A stretch of 63,632 nucleotides of DNA, the filler included, from Reticulomyxa filosa (lineage: Eukaryota > Protista > Foraminifera): NCBI GenBank assembly GCA_000512085.1. It is 18 parts of 18 records of this genome, joined end to end, with 100 filler letters (N's around TTAATTAATTAA, not from the genome) between each part and the next. Parts side by side here need not be neighbours in the genome. Positions count along the whole stretch, not along the records: positions 1 to 1,747 come from ASPP01011458.1; positions 1,848 to 3,803 come from ASPP01050577.1; positions 3,904 to 8,194 come from ASPP01000026.1; positions 8,295 to 14,750 come from ASPP01009122.1; 14 more parts are not named here. The stretch is one strand, 5' to 3'. The notes below the pieces were generated by a model. It had not been told where the DNA came from. It worked only from the letters and a program-made list of their open reading frames with translations, and made no database searches. Below are positions 1 through 12,644 of the stretch, piece after piece (positions within the stretch are counted from its first letter, which is position 1; each line of letters begins with the position of its first letter). The position numbers and the translations under genes were made by a program.

Positions 1-99
1 TTTTTTTTTTTTTTTGCTAATACACATACACATACATAGACTCTTTTTCTCTCTCGTTACTTACACACTTGCAAAAAATGAAAAAACAAACAAAAAGGA

Positions 100-525
100 A
101 TGATAGAAGAGGAACTGAAACAAGAAAGTAAAGTTTTTGAAGATGCAAAGAAATTTGCCCAAGAGCAAAGAGTTTACGACGAGCGCAAGGAGGACAACAA
201 TGGAGAGAACGCCTTTGAACAAGAAAAACTCAGAGCTATTTCCTGTATCCAAGCATTGGAGCAAAAGATACGAGAAGCAAAAATAGAGATCCAAAGGATA
301 GAAGATCGTGCAATTAACGATGAGGGTGGCTCTGAAGTTGCACTCTCTGCAAGACAAGAGGAAGTTGCACTCTACTTGCAATCTTACCAAAGTAAAAATG
401 TCTTAAAAGATTTCACTTCCAAAACAAAGGAGTTTGTCAAATCTTGCAAGGGGATCAACAAGAACATTGACAAGTTCTGGAAGTGTTGTCAAGGAAGAAG
501 ACGTAGATTTCTTGATATTTTTTAG
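100..525 (+). CDS. Hypothetical coiled-coil protein (probably a terminal exon)
   Basis: 141-aa E/K/Q-rich helical ORF; no recognisable motif; close to the window edge. Confidence 0.4.
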   Translation: MIEEELKQESKVFEDAKKFAQEQRVYDERKEDNNGENAFEQEKLRAISCIQALEQKIREAKIEIQRIEDRAINDEGGSEVALSARQEEVALYLQSYQSKNVLKDFTSKTKEFVKSCKGINKNIDKFWKCCQGRRRRFLDIF

Positions 526-1747
526 GACACTCTCGTGAAGGACAGGAAAAAAAGAACTCTACGTCGTCCTTTAAAAAAAGTACTTTTTAGTTCTTAATTT
601 TGTAGCTGTTAGTCGATAGTTTTCAAATCTGCAATTGTTCATTGCTTGAAAACATGTAGCAACAATTATGATACTATATCTTGGTGTCTGACTCATTGTT
701 TGTGCAAAGTTAGTAAAAAGGAAAGGAAATGTACAAACAAATCACGAACTTTTTTTATAGAAGTTGTTATGTCGGTCAAGTTGTTGTTAAGGTGAAATAG
801 AAAAGTGTAAGAATTAGGTATTATTTTTGTGTACCAGTGTTTATAAAAAGTAGAAAAAGATACTTTTTTTGACTCTGAAACTTTTTATCCAAATAAACTT
901 TTGTGAAGAGTTTTAGTTTCCTCTTTGGAAATCTATTGAAATGATATCTGATCAAAATCTGAGACATTTTGATGGACTAACTTTCAAATGTCAAACTTTT
1001 TCACAGTGACAGCTGTTTCAGTAACATGAAGTTCACAAGAGGTAGTGTAAAGAGCAAACACAACAACGAGAGAGAATACCAAGTATTTCCATGTAACGTC
1101 ATCTTAGTACTTTGTTGTTAATCAACTTACGCAACATTTAGCACTTTTTTTATTTTCAACTGATGACCAGCAGAAAAAAAGAAAGTTTCCCTTTACGGGA
1201 CGTATTGTAGACAGTCTTATTTTTTAGTGCGAAAAACAAAAAGAAAGATGAACACAACATTTGAATCTCTTAATTTGGAAGCAGTAATAAACAAAATATG
1301 CAAAGTTTTTCTTCATGTTAACAATACTCTTTGAATTGAGAGCTGCAATTTCCTTGTCATTTAAAGTTGCTTCCTCTGTGACATTATTTTTCTGATCTTA
1401 CTAGTTGGACTGGCATATGATAATCTGGTGTTGCAAGTGCGACATAGGATTGCATTATTATTTGTATCTTTTTTGGTATTTTTGAAATTTGCAACAGTGC
1501 TAGGTGTGGCGTCGATAGCAGTACTGGGGGTAATGTAGTTTTTCTTGTGTTTCTTTCCGTGCAAAAAGGGTCTAAAATTAAAGAAAGGAATTTTCTAGTG
1601 TTTTTAGACTTTTTTTGTTTGTTTCGAGAATTCGTGATTTTGCGTACTAAAAAAAACTAAAAAAAACTAAAAAAAAATGAAGAGTTTACTTGGACGAGTT
1701 AGCAGACTTGGTGTGTGGAGACGTGGTTTTAGCAGTTCGCCAGGAGC

Positions 1748-1847
1748 NNNNNNNNNNNNNNNNNNNNNNNNNNNNNNNNNNNNNNNNNNNNTTAATTAAT
1801 TAANNNNNNNNNNNNNNNNNNNNNNNNNNNNNNNNNNNNNNNNNNNN
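1748..1847. other. Artificial contig-joining spacer (44 N + TTAATTAATTAA + 44 N); first of 17
   Basis: Identical 100-bp spacer with stops in all six frames at 1748-1847, 3804-3903, 8195-8294, 14751-14850, 18977-19076, 20523-20622, 21830-21929, 24460-24559, 26878-26977, 30367-30466, 32657-32756, 43459-43558, 47332-47431, 49006-49105, 53207-53306, 54528-54627 and 61935-62034. Confidence 0.99.
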
Positions 1848-3803
1848 CCTTGGAATGAAATACATTGCAATGGCTTCACATTGAAATGGAATTTATTATC
1901 TTTCAACTTTTGACGAAACTGTTTGATATTGCGATGAGACAATGTATCAAGTAAAATTTGCAAAGATAAAGTTTTGGAAGTGCCAGGCTTGCCAATCAAT
2001 ATCATTGGTGTGGATGTAGCCACACAAAAAAACAATATGAATAAATTTTCCTTTAAATTCTTGTGCAATGCCACTCGAGCTGGTATTTCAAATGATCTTG
2101 ATAAATTCCTTATTTCAGTATCCAATAATTCTGAAAAAGGACGATTGCTTCTTTGATGCATTAGATTATTGTACATTGTTCTTCCCCTCTCATCCAATCG
2201 AAGATAATAACACAATCCCAATGCAATATTCAACGCCCTTCCTGCCCATGAATATTTTTTATCACTTTCTAACATTGGTCCGTGTTGTTGCATTAACCAA
2301 TGGAAAAAATTGAGACATCTGCTCACATCACGCAATGAGACAATGAATTCATTGGCCAAGTGTTTACGCAAAAGGCAGTGTGATGCAGCAATATCCTCTG
2401 CAATCTTAAATTCCCATTGTTGTATCTTTTTGTAAACAACAGTATTTTTATCAAATTTGCATTTGATTTGTTTGGTCATTGCTTGAATGTATTGCTTCTC
2501 ATCCAATTCGGACAATTGCCCAAAGGGCCAAACATATTCTTTCATGGTTTCACATAAAGGAACAACACGATACATCCATTTGCTTAATGGGTCGTTCTTA
2601 TTTGTTATGTCACTGGTTTGAGCTTTTCGGAGTCGATAAGGATTACATGCTGCAATAATCTTGATTTGATCATTGATTTTCACACCATCCAATCTACGAT
2701 CACAAATGAGTTCTTTGAACCATCCAATATCAGGAGATGTATTCACTTCATCTAAAAATATCCATATCTCTGTTTCATTGTCTTTGGATAATCGTCCATT
2801 GCAATCATCCATTTTTTCACATATTTCATGTCTTCCAAATCCTGCATGAACATCCACTGCAATCAATTGCACATTCACAACATGTCCCAAAAATTTTATC
2901 AAAGATGTTTTCCCACATCCAGTTTCACCCATCAAAATCACAGGAGTATTCGTTCGAATTTTCATAAAAACGGCAATCATTTTTAGAATATTGTCAAATG
3001 TCAACACATAATTCGACCATTCCTTGTCATTGCATAATTTGTTTACAATTTGATCATGAAGACTTTCTGTTGTTTCCACTTTTTTCTCTTCATATTCTTT
3101 CATTGTTCCCTGATCTGGAACTCCCAAAATGCGCAACAATAATCTCAATCGTTTTTCTTTTTCAGTTTGTGACTCTGATTCTTTTATCTTCAATTCCTTT
3201 TAATTTTTTTTATGTCATTGGAAATGTGAAAATGCGACATCCGAATAAAACAAAAATGTGCAAAACTTGCAAGATTAATTCCCTTTCTCTCAAGTCTTGT
3301 TGCCATTCGAATAAATAAAACTCCAACTTTTTGAATTCGTCCAATTGCCTTTGATTCACATTTTTTATGTCACTAATCAATACAGAAATACTTTCTCTAT
3401 CTTGATTAACCAAGAAATAATAGTCCTTGGAGTTATGCCATTTCTCACACAAATAAAACTCTTCTCGGCCAGTGCCTTCAATTTTTTGTTCCTTTTCTTC
3501 ATTCAGTTTTATGTGATTATATTGACAACAGCACGATATTGTGGCCACCTTAATTACTGATTTGGTAATTTCATGTTTCCACCACATTGACTTTTTATCA
3601 GCTTCTAAAAATTTTTTCTTCAAAAATTTCGACTGTACCAAGGGTAGAAATTGTTGATACAAATATTTGAAAAAAGAACGCTGATGTGCGGGACTTGAAT
3701 TCGCTATTTCATTGAAATGTTTTTCCATAAATCTTCTCATTTTACCCTTTTCAAGATCAGGCATGGTATCAGGATCAATATCTTGTTGTCTTTTTTCAGA
3801 TTG
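1848..3803 (-). CDS. RNF213/mysterin-like AAA+ ATPase, internal fragment (intron 3197-3266)
   Basis: Walker A GETGCGKT, Walker B IFLDEVN, IAACNPYR, MYRVVPL, VSLRDVSRC, LKENLF and a second P-loop GKPGTSKT, in the order of the RNF213 AAA module. A GTT..AAG intron joins ORFs 3210-3764 and 1848-3193 in frame. Confidence 0.9.
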
Positions 3804-4540
3804 NNNNNNNNNNNNNNNNNNNNNNNNNNNNNNNNNNNNNNNNNNNNTTAATTAATTAANNNNNNNNNNNNNNNNNNNNNNNNNNNNNNNNNNNNNNNNN
3901 NNNTCCATAAGCGTTCAGCCATGTGTGATAAGGGCTTGCCCTACATACTTTTGCTTTATTGTTAGTTAAATAATCTAAAATAAAAAGAAATCAGATTTTA
4001 CACTCCCAACAGCAAATTAAATTTGTACACATATTTGTTCTAGTTCAAAATTTCATTTTGGAAGCAGTTAAACATCTGTGTTTGCTTTGACGTATCATTC
4101 ATTCAAGCAAATAATCTTAACGTGTTTGTAAAAGAACCCGTCGAACCAAGAACTAACAACAATAAAAAATGTTAGGCTATAATAAGACTTGAAAACGCCA
4201 TCCGTAAATTAGGCGGTGGAGACGAGTAAACCAATCAAATTTTGATCTTTTTTGGTTGTATTGAGTTTTTTTACGTTATCAATATATAGCGAAATTTGTT
4301 TTCCACAAAAATTTGCAAATCGAGATTTCACTTCTAAGATTTGGCACTACTTGTATTATCAGTTTTTACACAAAAGTAAAAAAAAAATATATTGTTTGTT
4401 CAACGAGAGAAGCAATTTAATGATAATATTTGTTTCTTTGCTTTCAAAACAAGAATTTAATTACTTATTGGAATAAGAAGAAATATCATTCCAATAAGAA
4501 GTTGAAAAAGCTATTCGGTAGCCATTATCTATTAAAACCC

Positions 4541-6676
4541 TCAATGTTTTTGTGTGGTCATTTTATCAGTTGTTCCACAGTTGTACTGATAATTGTCTTC
4601 GTCTCCTCTTGGGATTTTCATATTGACAACTTCTTCGGCTGCAGTTGGATGTATCGCTGTGACGTTGTTAAAATCTTCCTTGGTTGCACCCATTTTGATT
4701 GCCACAGAAAACCCTTGAAGCATTTCGTCACAACCATCACCGATCATATGCAAACCGACCACCCGCTCTTCTTTTCCCACACACACCAGCTTCATATGTG
4801 CCATAATTTTATCTTGCGGATTTGTATAAACACCATATTTCAAACCTCGAAAATGTGACTCGAAAATCTTTATTTTTTTTTTTGAGGACCCCTATTCTAT
4901 GAACTGACAAGTTTTTCTAAAGAAAAAAGATTTTTTTTCAAACCTTGACTGGTTCAGGCAATTTATTGGCTTTCACCAATTCACGCGCGTGTTCTTCGGT
5001 ATGGCCAATCGTTCCAATCGGAGGATGACTAAAAATAACCGAGGGAACCAAGTGATAGTCCATATTGGCATTTTTGACTCCTCCAAATATACGGTCTGCC
5101 CATTTTCTTCCGGCTCGGATAGCGACTGGAGTTAAAGCGATCTTATCGTTGACATCTCCTAACGCGTAAATTCCTTTTTCATCAGTTTCTTCCCATTCAT
5201 TGGAAATAATAAATCCCCTCTTGTCTTGTTTGACAGATGTATGATTTAATCCGAGTTCGGTCGTTAGAGGACCTCTGCCAATGGCATAAATCACGCAATT
5301 AAAGCCTGTGAACTCTTGTTTGTGATGACTTTTCAAGCTGAGACTGTTGTCGTTGTTTTCAATCGCCGTGATTTCAGCATCGACAATCATCTTTACTCCG
5401 GAATGCAATAAAGCCTCGTGTACACCGCATTGTATCAATCGATCAAATCTAGTTTACGTTTGTTCACACAATATTTTTAATAATTCAACTGATTGCACAA
5501 ATATTCAACTGATCAAACAAAGTTTAACTTTCGCAATGGATGAGCGCCACGAATGAACATTGTCACATCCGAACCCATTTCTGCAAGGACTTGTGCCAAT
5601 TCAACAGCGATATATCCCGCACCGACAATTGCAGTTTTTTTTGGCAAATGATCCAATTTGTTGAAAAAATCATCCGACGTGTAAATATATTCTTTTCCCT
5701 TACAATTTAAACAAAATAAAATAAAATAAAGTAATACACAGTTCAATGGATATCGGGTCTCTCTTATGTTCTTTAATCACTTTTTTTTTTATTTTATTTT
5801 TTTTTAACTGGAATATCAGGAATGTATGGAAATCCGCCAACTGCAATTAAGATATGGTCGGCGGTGAACTTTCGACTGTCTTTGACACTTTGCACCACCT
5901 TCGGTGCGACAAATTTGGCATGAGAGAAGACATGTGTTACCCTTTAGGTTTTCACAAACACAGATACAATACACTTACCCACTTTCTCTGTCCCCTTTTT
6001 CATTTTGTTAACGTACAAAACAAAACTTGGAATCACTTAGATTTTTTTCATAAGCACGGTTCAGATATTCAACATGCTCGTTTCTTCGTTGCACTAAGCC
6101 CTTCCAATCCAATCGCAAATTGTCAAACTCAAAACCATAGTAACCAGCTTGATGTTTTAACGTGTATGCCACACTTGCTGCTGTCCACATGATCTGTTTT
6201 CCATCACATCGATCCAACAACAACAAAACTCAGTTCTATTGTGTGTCGTTCGTGCGGTTTGAGGTAGCTTAAACTTTTTTTGGAACACAGCCGACGTTGA
6301 CACATGTACCGCCTAAACGCTTCTCTTCAAATAGGATTACCTTTATTCATTCCCCCAATACACATCAACCCATACATTTTTTTTATACTCTTCCAAACAT
6401 TGGTCTTGTCTTAACTTTGGCACCGTATTGAGCGGCTCGTCTTGCAGATGCAATACCTCCTGATCCTCCGCCAATGACCTATGGATTTTGTTAGTGCACA
6501 CTCCTTCCATGAGCACTTAAAGAAACGAGGCTCTACTAAATCATAAAACAAACAATTAAGTCATATTTTTCTGGAGAAGTTGATTCTGAAGTCATGGATG
6601 CAGGCACACTTGAAAAATAATTGGATGATTGCGAAGATGCTTCTAAATGCCTTACAAAAGCACTAACTCTTAGCAT
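4541..6676 (-). CDS. GSR: Glutathione reductase, 8 exons
   Basis: Spliced product has YDLIVIGGGSGG (FAD), GGTCVNVGCVPKK (redox disulfide), GAGYIA (NADPH), LTPVAI, PSVIFSHPPIG and HPTAAEE. Introns 6479-6553, 6341-6415, 6194-6274, 5942-6026, 5699-5808, 5449-5528 and 4868-4943 all keep frame. Confidence 0.96.
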
Positions 6677-7024
6677 CAACTGAACTACCACCGCACAAAC
6701 TTTAAAACGCTTCACTCAACTTTTGTCTTTTGAACTGCAATCAAATAACGTCGTCTAAAGATAATCCATAATGTTTTTCGAGGTATTCATTGCATGCAAA
6801 TAGCTAATGCCATATATATATAACGTTATTTTTTCGCCCAGAGCAAGCGAAATGCAATTCACAAAAAAACTTAACAGAGTAAAAATTTTTGAGCAAAGTA
6901 ATATTAAGTTGTGATAATGTTTATCGACATCAAAAATAGTTTAGTGTCAAAACAAGTTTTAACCACGCGTGCAGACCGGACTCTTAGAAGTGAGGCAAAT
7001 GAAAGAACTTGAAACCTAGGTATC

Positions 7025-8194
7025 ATGTTATCGGTTGTATTCCTTTGCTTGCTTAATTTTTTTGGTTGTACTCGAAGTGCAATAACAGCGTGGAGTAGTA
7101 CAAACTTTTATTTGGTCTACTCAACCACTAACTACTCTCGAAGGTACTTTTTCAAACTGACAATAGCAAAAACCTGTTTGCAAAAAGCAGATGACATTCA
7201 ACAAAATACACAGCTCGGCAAACACATATTGCACTAGTACATATGGCACAACGTTGGCCAGTATAAGTAGTTCAAGCGAGGAATCGGAATTGGAATCGTT
7301 GTATGGAAATAATTACAACAGCAAACTAGGAGCCGCGTGGATTGGACTTTACTGGGACCCACTTCGATGGCTGTGGGAAGACGGTACAACGAATAACTAC
7401 ATGAACGGAATTTACGGCCCACCATTGCCAGGAGACACATGCGCTGTATTTGCAGTGACCTCTACAAATCCACTAACGTATACATGGCACCCCCTAAATT
7501 GTTCCAAAATGAAAGCTTCTTTTGTTTGTAACAAACAACCTACATCCTCTCCAACGAAGCGTCCCACCAGTAATCCTACAAAACCCCCCACGAAAAATCC
7601 AAGTTAAATACAGATTTTTGTAAAGTGCCTTTGTTACGTATACGCTGTGTTCACACAAAAAGTTGCTTTAATATACGCTCTTCGCAGCAAAATTGCCAAC
7701 CTCCAATCCAACCAAGCAACCGACGACCAAGAACCCAACGAAAAACCCGACGAGAAATCCAACGAAAAATCCAACAAAAAACCCGACAAAAAACCCGACA
7801 AAACCAGACAAAATCCAACAAAGAATCCAAGTTGTTCATGTTTTGAGGAAAGGGAAAGAGGCAAAACCATAGCAATTGCCTTGCAAATACGTTTACTACA
7901 AATTCAAACAATTAAATTGATATAAAAATGTACACGGGTTGAAATAAATACAGGCAAAAACCCAAGCAAAAGTCCAAGTAACCAACCAACGAAATATCCA
8001 ACCAAACGGCCAACTAGTGAGCCCACTAAACAGCCAACTAAGTATCCAAGTAAAAATCCAAGTAGCGAACCAACGGAATATCCGACCAAACGTCCAACAG
8101 GTTATCCAACCAAACAGCCTACCGGTGGACCAACTAAGCAGCCAACTAAGCAGCCAACTAAGCAGCCAACTAAGCAGCCAACCAAGCAGCCAAC
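7025..8194 (+). CDS. Secreted/surface C-type lectin-domain protein with Pro/Thr (PTxx) mucin-like stalk, 3' truncated
   Basis: Hydrophobic signal peptide; CTLD motifs YC..LASISSSSE, AWIGL, WLWEDGT, CAV, WHPLNC, FVCNK; then PTKN/PTKQ repeats. Probable introns at 7115-7190 and starting at 7602 and 7831; a frame slip near 7805 may be a sequencing error. Confidence 0.8.
8129..8194 (+). repeat. 12-bp coding tandem repeat (CCAACTAAGCAG, PTKQ)
   Basis: About 5.5 near-perfect copies running into the contig end. Confidence 0.9.
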
Positions 8195-8374
8195 NNNNNN
8201 NNNNNNNNNNNNNNNNNNNNNNNNNNNNNNNNNNNNNNTTAATTAATTAANNNNNNNNNNNNNNNNNNNNNNNNNNNNNNNNNNNNNNNNNNNNAATACA
8301 AACATAACTATCCAAATACAAATATATATATATATATATATGTATATATGTGTATATGTACATATACACATTAG

Positions 8375-9780
8375 AGACACAATTTCAAAAGAATATTTAC
8401 ACGAATTGGAACGCTTGAATGGGATGACAAAGGTTTGGAATCAATTGATGATTGCATGTCACAAGGACCACATTCCTGTGATTGTGCACAACGGACTGTT
8501 GGACCTGAGTCATTTGTACAATACATTTGTATGCAAACTGGATAGCAAGAGCTTAAACAACAGTGCTCGATATGACTGGATATACTCGTACATAAGTAGC
8601 CACTACTTGGACGCGAAAGAAGCGACGGGGAAAGGAGGCAAGCATCCCGACGGGGGATGGATGCCTCCCATTGTGATCGACACCAAATACTTGTGTCAGC
8701 TGCTGCCTTATCCCATTGGCAATGCGTTTCATCGATCGGACAAAGGCGACAAAATAAGGATACACACTGGATTGAAGCAATTGTTTTATCGCTTTCGCAA
8801 CAATAGCGTGCCTTTTGTCACGTGGCATACCGAGTGCGCTGCATTGTTTAGCGCTGCACAAACACATAAAGATGATAACAATACCAAGTTCAAAGCGGCC
8901 AAGAAGGCCGTCCGTGCCAAAGGGGCCAAGTCGGCTCCTTATGCGAAATACACGGCTCGTGGCGATGCTGATGAGAGCAAATTGGAACAAGAGTTGGTAA
9001 TGGAAGAAGAAGAAGAAGGAGGAGAAGACCAAAGAGAATATGAAGGAAATACAGGGGGACGCAAAACCAATGCTCAGTCGTCGACCCCATTTCATCATGC
9101 TGGATATGATGCCTTTTGCACTGGAATGGTGTTCGCCAAAATGTGTGGACTTTTAACTCGATATAACTATATCAATCAATTCCATTTGCGATTCGACTTC
9201 CATTCTTGCTGTCTGCAGGATATCATGGACGTTGATGTCGATGCTTACTTCCGCGATAGTACCTCTGAACAACCTTCGCGGGCTGTGTTCAAACCACTTT
9301 CTAATGCAACTCATCCGCTCAAAACTGAACACTACGTCGACTTCCAATTTTGGACCACTCTCAAAACACTTTGTCGTCAAAAATGGGATTTGATGAAACA
9401 CTCTCATCAGTCTTTAAATAAGGATGATATTCTTAATAAACAAAGGGTCCAATTTTCTGATCCAAACTCACTTGCTCTGTCTCGTCATCAATTACATTCC
9501 ACTTATGCAACATTTTGTCAAAAATTTGGATTGATTTATTTCCTTCATCCACTCCACTCTTGTCAACAAGTTTCATCATCTCTTTTGTTTATTTGTTTGT
9601 TTTTCTCTCAGAAACACGCTTTTTGTGTCGCTGTTATAGAACACCTTGGATCAAATTCTTCAAGCCATGAATCACATCAATTGCATTGAAACTGGACTGA
9701 AAGGCGTACGATTAGATATGGATTTAGACAATGTTGAATCATATTTTCGCGCTTTTGTTGAAACAAAAGTAAAGAATTAA
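8375..9780 (+). CDS. CAF1/PARN-family DEDD deadenylase-like protein, 5' truncated
   Basis: HNGLLDLSHLY, IDTKYL and HHAGYDAFCTGMVF are PARN/TOE1-type Exo motifs. A final GTT..TAG intron (about 9570-9639) leads to a last exon ending TAA at 9780. Confidence 0.85.
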
Positions 9781-9904
9781 CTGTTTTTATCCAAAACCAA
9801 ACATTTTGATTTATTTAGAGCTTTATTTTTTTTTTGCAAAAATTTATTAAACAAATTTTGTGAGTCCTTTTTTTTTTTGGCTGATTTATTATTTGTGACC
9901 TTTT

Positions 9905-10801
9905 TTATTGGTGTAGCCTATCAACAATTTTGTTAAAATTCTTATCGCATACCACAATATTCCTCACAATCGCAAAAAGTTCAAAGTTATTAGAAGGAAA
10001 AACAAGGTCCCTTGGAGTTGTTTTGACCTTTCCACCCTCGTAAATAAGCAGACTAAGCCTACGCCAAAGGTGCGATACTCCAGATAACAGCGGGACTTCG
10101 CAACACCTACGCTTATTAAAAAACATAAATTCCCACAAAGGAGACTTGAACGTTCATTTGGTCCGTACTGAAAAATTTTTAACTTCTTAGAACTGAGAGA
10201 TTGATTGGAAAAATTATAACAAAATTGACCACCAAATCAAGGCCGAACAAAAAAAAAAAGCGTTCTCATTAACAAAGGTCGTCTCTTGAACGCTTGACCA
10301 CTGGGAAGAAGAGAAAAAACTTTCTCTTTTTTTTTCCCATCACCAAAAGAATTTCTTAAAATCTTTTCCAATCTGAGTCAGCGGCTTTCAACACGCAAAG
10401 TGCCAGAAATCCCATAACACACGCATCCCATGATCGATTTGCCAATCGAACCCAGCTATTTTTTATTTTATTTGTTCAATCAAAAACACTGTTTCAAAAA
10501 AAAAAAGGTCACATTAAACGTGATCCTTTGATTTGCCACTTACAATGATCTAGGAGTTCTCTTCAAACAATCGTCGATGCCATCGTAGTTGAATAACCAC
10601 TTATAGTATCCGCGTTGAGAGTTGTGAAACAAGACAGGTGTGACTGGTCTTTGTGCTGTGCGACGCAATATCATTCGAGCTGACTGCATTTTTGAAGTTC
10701 TTTCTGGCAAAAAGTGAAATGATGTTAGTCTTTTGGCAAAGATGCAAAATTTTTATCACTTTTTAAAAAGGTGGCACAAAAGCGTTTCGGTTCAATTTCA
10801 T
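9905..10801 (-). CDS. Small multi-exon, probably mitochondrial, single-pass membrane protein (not assembled by the ORF track)
   Basis: Introns 10730-10777, 10456-10543, 10301-10392, 10193-10273 and 10107-10151 give one open frame: MKLNRNAFTNIISLFARKNFKNAVSS...SQRGYYKWLFNYDGIDDCLKRTPRSFWVRLANRSWDACVMGFLALCVGQAFKRRPFSKKLKIFQYGPNERVAKSRCYLEYRTFG. Basic presequence-like N-terminus; 3' end uncertain; no homolog recognised. Confidence 0.5.
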
Positions 10802-11108
10802 ACGTGCTCTTTGATCAATGGAGAAATTAAATATTTTCAAATATTGCCGTTTAAAAAAATAGTAAAAGGTTTTGAGATGATATGTGTAATATACTTATGA
10901 AAATTTATTAAGTCAAGAACGCGGATATTCATTCGAGCGGTGTCACATACCGGCCCATTTATTTTTCTTGCTCTGTCATATTTGAAAATGTGTGGAGAAA
11001 AATTAGTTATATTTCCTTTATCCTTGGGTTATCTTTTCTGGGACTTGGTTTTTCAAGCGTTGCCGACAGACTAACAATGTAAGAAAGAAAAATGAAGGGG
11101 TTTATCAT

Positions 11109-12644
11109 GTGGTTTTGAATATGAATCTAACAGATATTCTGCCTTACGCGGGCTTTGCTTTGAGTGAAATTGTTGTCCTAAGCTGTTGTATTTTTTCTTT
11201 GAAATGGATATATGACGATCGTTTTGCAGGATGGGAAATGCAAATAAAGAACAACACGGGGAGGTTGACGCTATATTTGCGACTGACCTTTTTTATGAGT
11301 AACTTATTTCTAACTTTGGTGCCTTTCCTTTTGATTAGTTAAAATCTCTTGTGAAAAGAGAGCAAAGAGGGGGAAGAAGGGGAGGGGGGCAGGAAAGCAA
11401 AAAAAAAAAAACCTCTATAAACCCCTTCTGCAAAAAAAAAAAAAAAAAAAAAAGTCAAGAAACAACCGTTCGAGATACCGTGGATAATATGTTGGAACGG
11501 ATTTACGATGTTCAATGTATGTATGTTGATATACTACATGCTATTAAAGACAAGAATAATGAAAGCATTTGTGCAAAGCACGTCGTCGTCAACGCCAACC
11601 CGCAAGGAGCGACAGTACGTGGCAATGAAGTATATTGACCGGACATTGTCATTGGTATTATTGACAATCTACATAGGATTGAATGTGGTGATAATGGCAT
11701 TCGAAAAAGGCAAGCGCAAGACGATATTTAGTTATTTGATCGGATTTGGCTATGACAACGGAGAGCATCACATAAACAAGTACCTGCACATAATAGCGAT
11801 AATATTTTTTGGATTGGTGTACAGTGGGATTGTAATTATGTGGGTAATGTTAATAGTCTTGCGCCATCTCGCAAAGCGCAATGCGGTCGAAGCCCAAAAA
11901 GAGAAGGAAAGATGGCAAAATTTTTCGTGCAATAGCAACCATGACGAAAACAACACTCTCGAAGGCAATAGCGACGAGGAGTCAGACATGTTGGACAAGA
12001 TACAAAAAAGTATGCCATTAAATTTGCACATTAACGACGAAAATTCGCAAATTGCAAGAGAAACTTCGCAGTCTTTTTCTTTGCCCTATTTCAACTTCAA
12101 AAGTCGATCTGTGTCGCAAGATCCTTGGCTATCCGTCACTCCTTATTCAAATCCTATCGTCTCTTCTGGACGCAAAAAAGAAACTCTTTCGCGCAATGTC
12201 AAAGTTTACAATACACGATTTCATTGCCCAAATATACGTATACTTATTTATATATGTATATACATATATGTATCTATGTATACATTTGTTCCAATTTTTT
12301 TTTTAAAACCCCCCCTCAACTTTTTTTGCTCCAAGTTAACACGATTAAGTCGTGCGGTTTTCATGTTGTGGATATATTTCACCTTATTGACTTTGGCGAT
12401 ACTCAAATGGAAAACTTTCCATCCGCTTCGCAATAAATATGCTAGCTTTGGAATTGGCGTTGTATACGTTTGCATTGTCAATTGGATTGCTTTAGTGTAT
12501 ATTACACCTTGGAGTCGCTATAGGTCTCCTCTACGTGGAAAGCGCCAAATACGTACTAGCGTATCCACCGCTTCGAAAAAAGTCAGACTTCATGCCTCCA
12601 AAAATGCTAATGACAACAACAAACCTGCTGTTAACGATAATTAA
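11109..12644 (+). CDS. Multi-pass membrane protein of unknown function (spliced)
   Basis: Several hydrophobic helices across ORFs 11109-11342 and 11508-12644, with a long polar loop; poly-A and AT-repeat tracts mark probable introns. Confidence 0.5.

Noticed and set aside
1361-1564. Matrin-type zinc finger (LHGKKHKK ... CRTC)
   Set aside because: Only half-motifs, no upstream Cys pair and no continuous frame.
10301-10363. Possible GA-AG non-canonical intron
   Set aside because: An upstream GTT donor at 10392 gives an open frame through the following exons without invoking GA.
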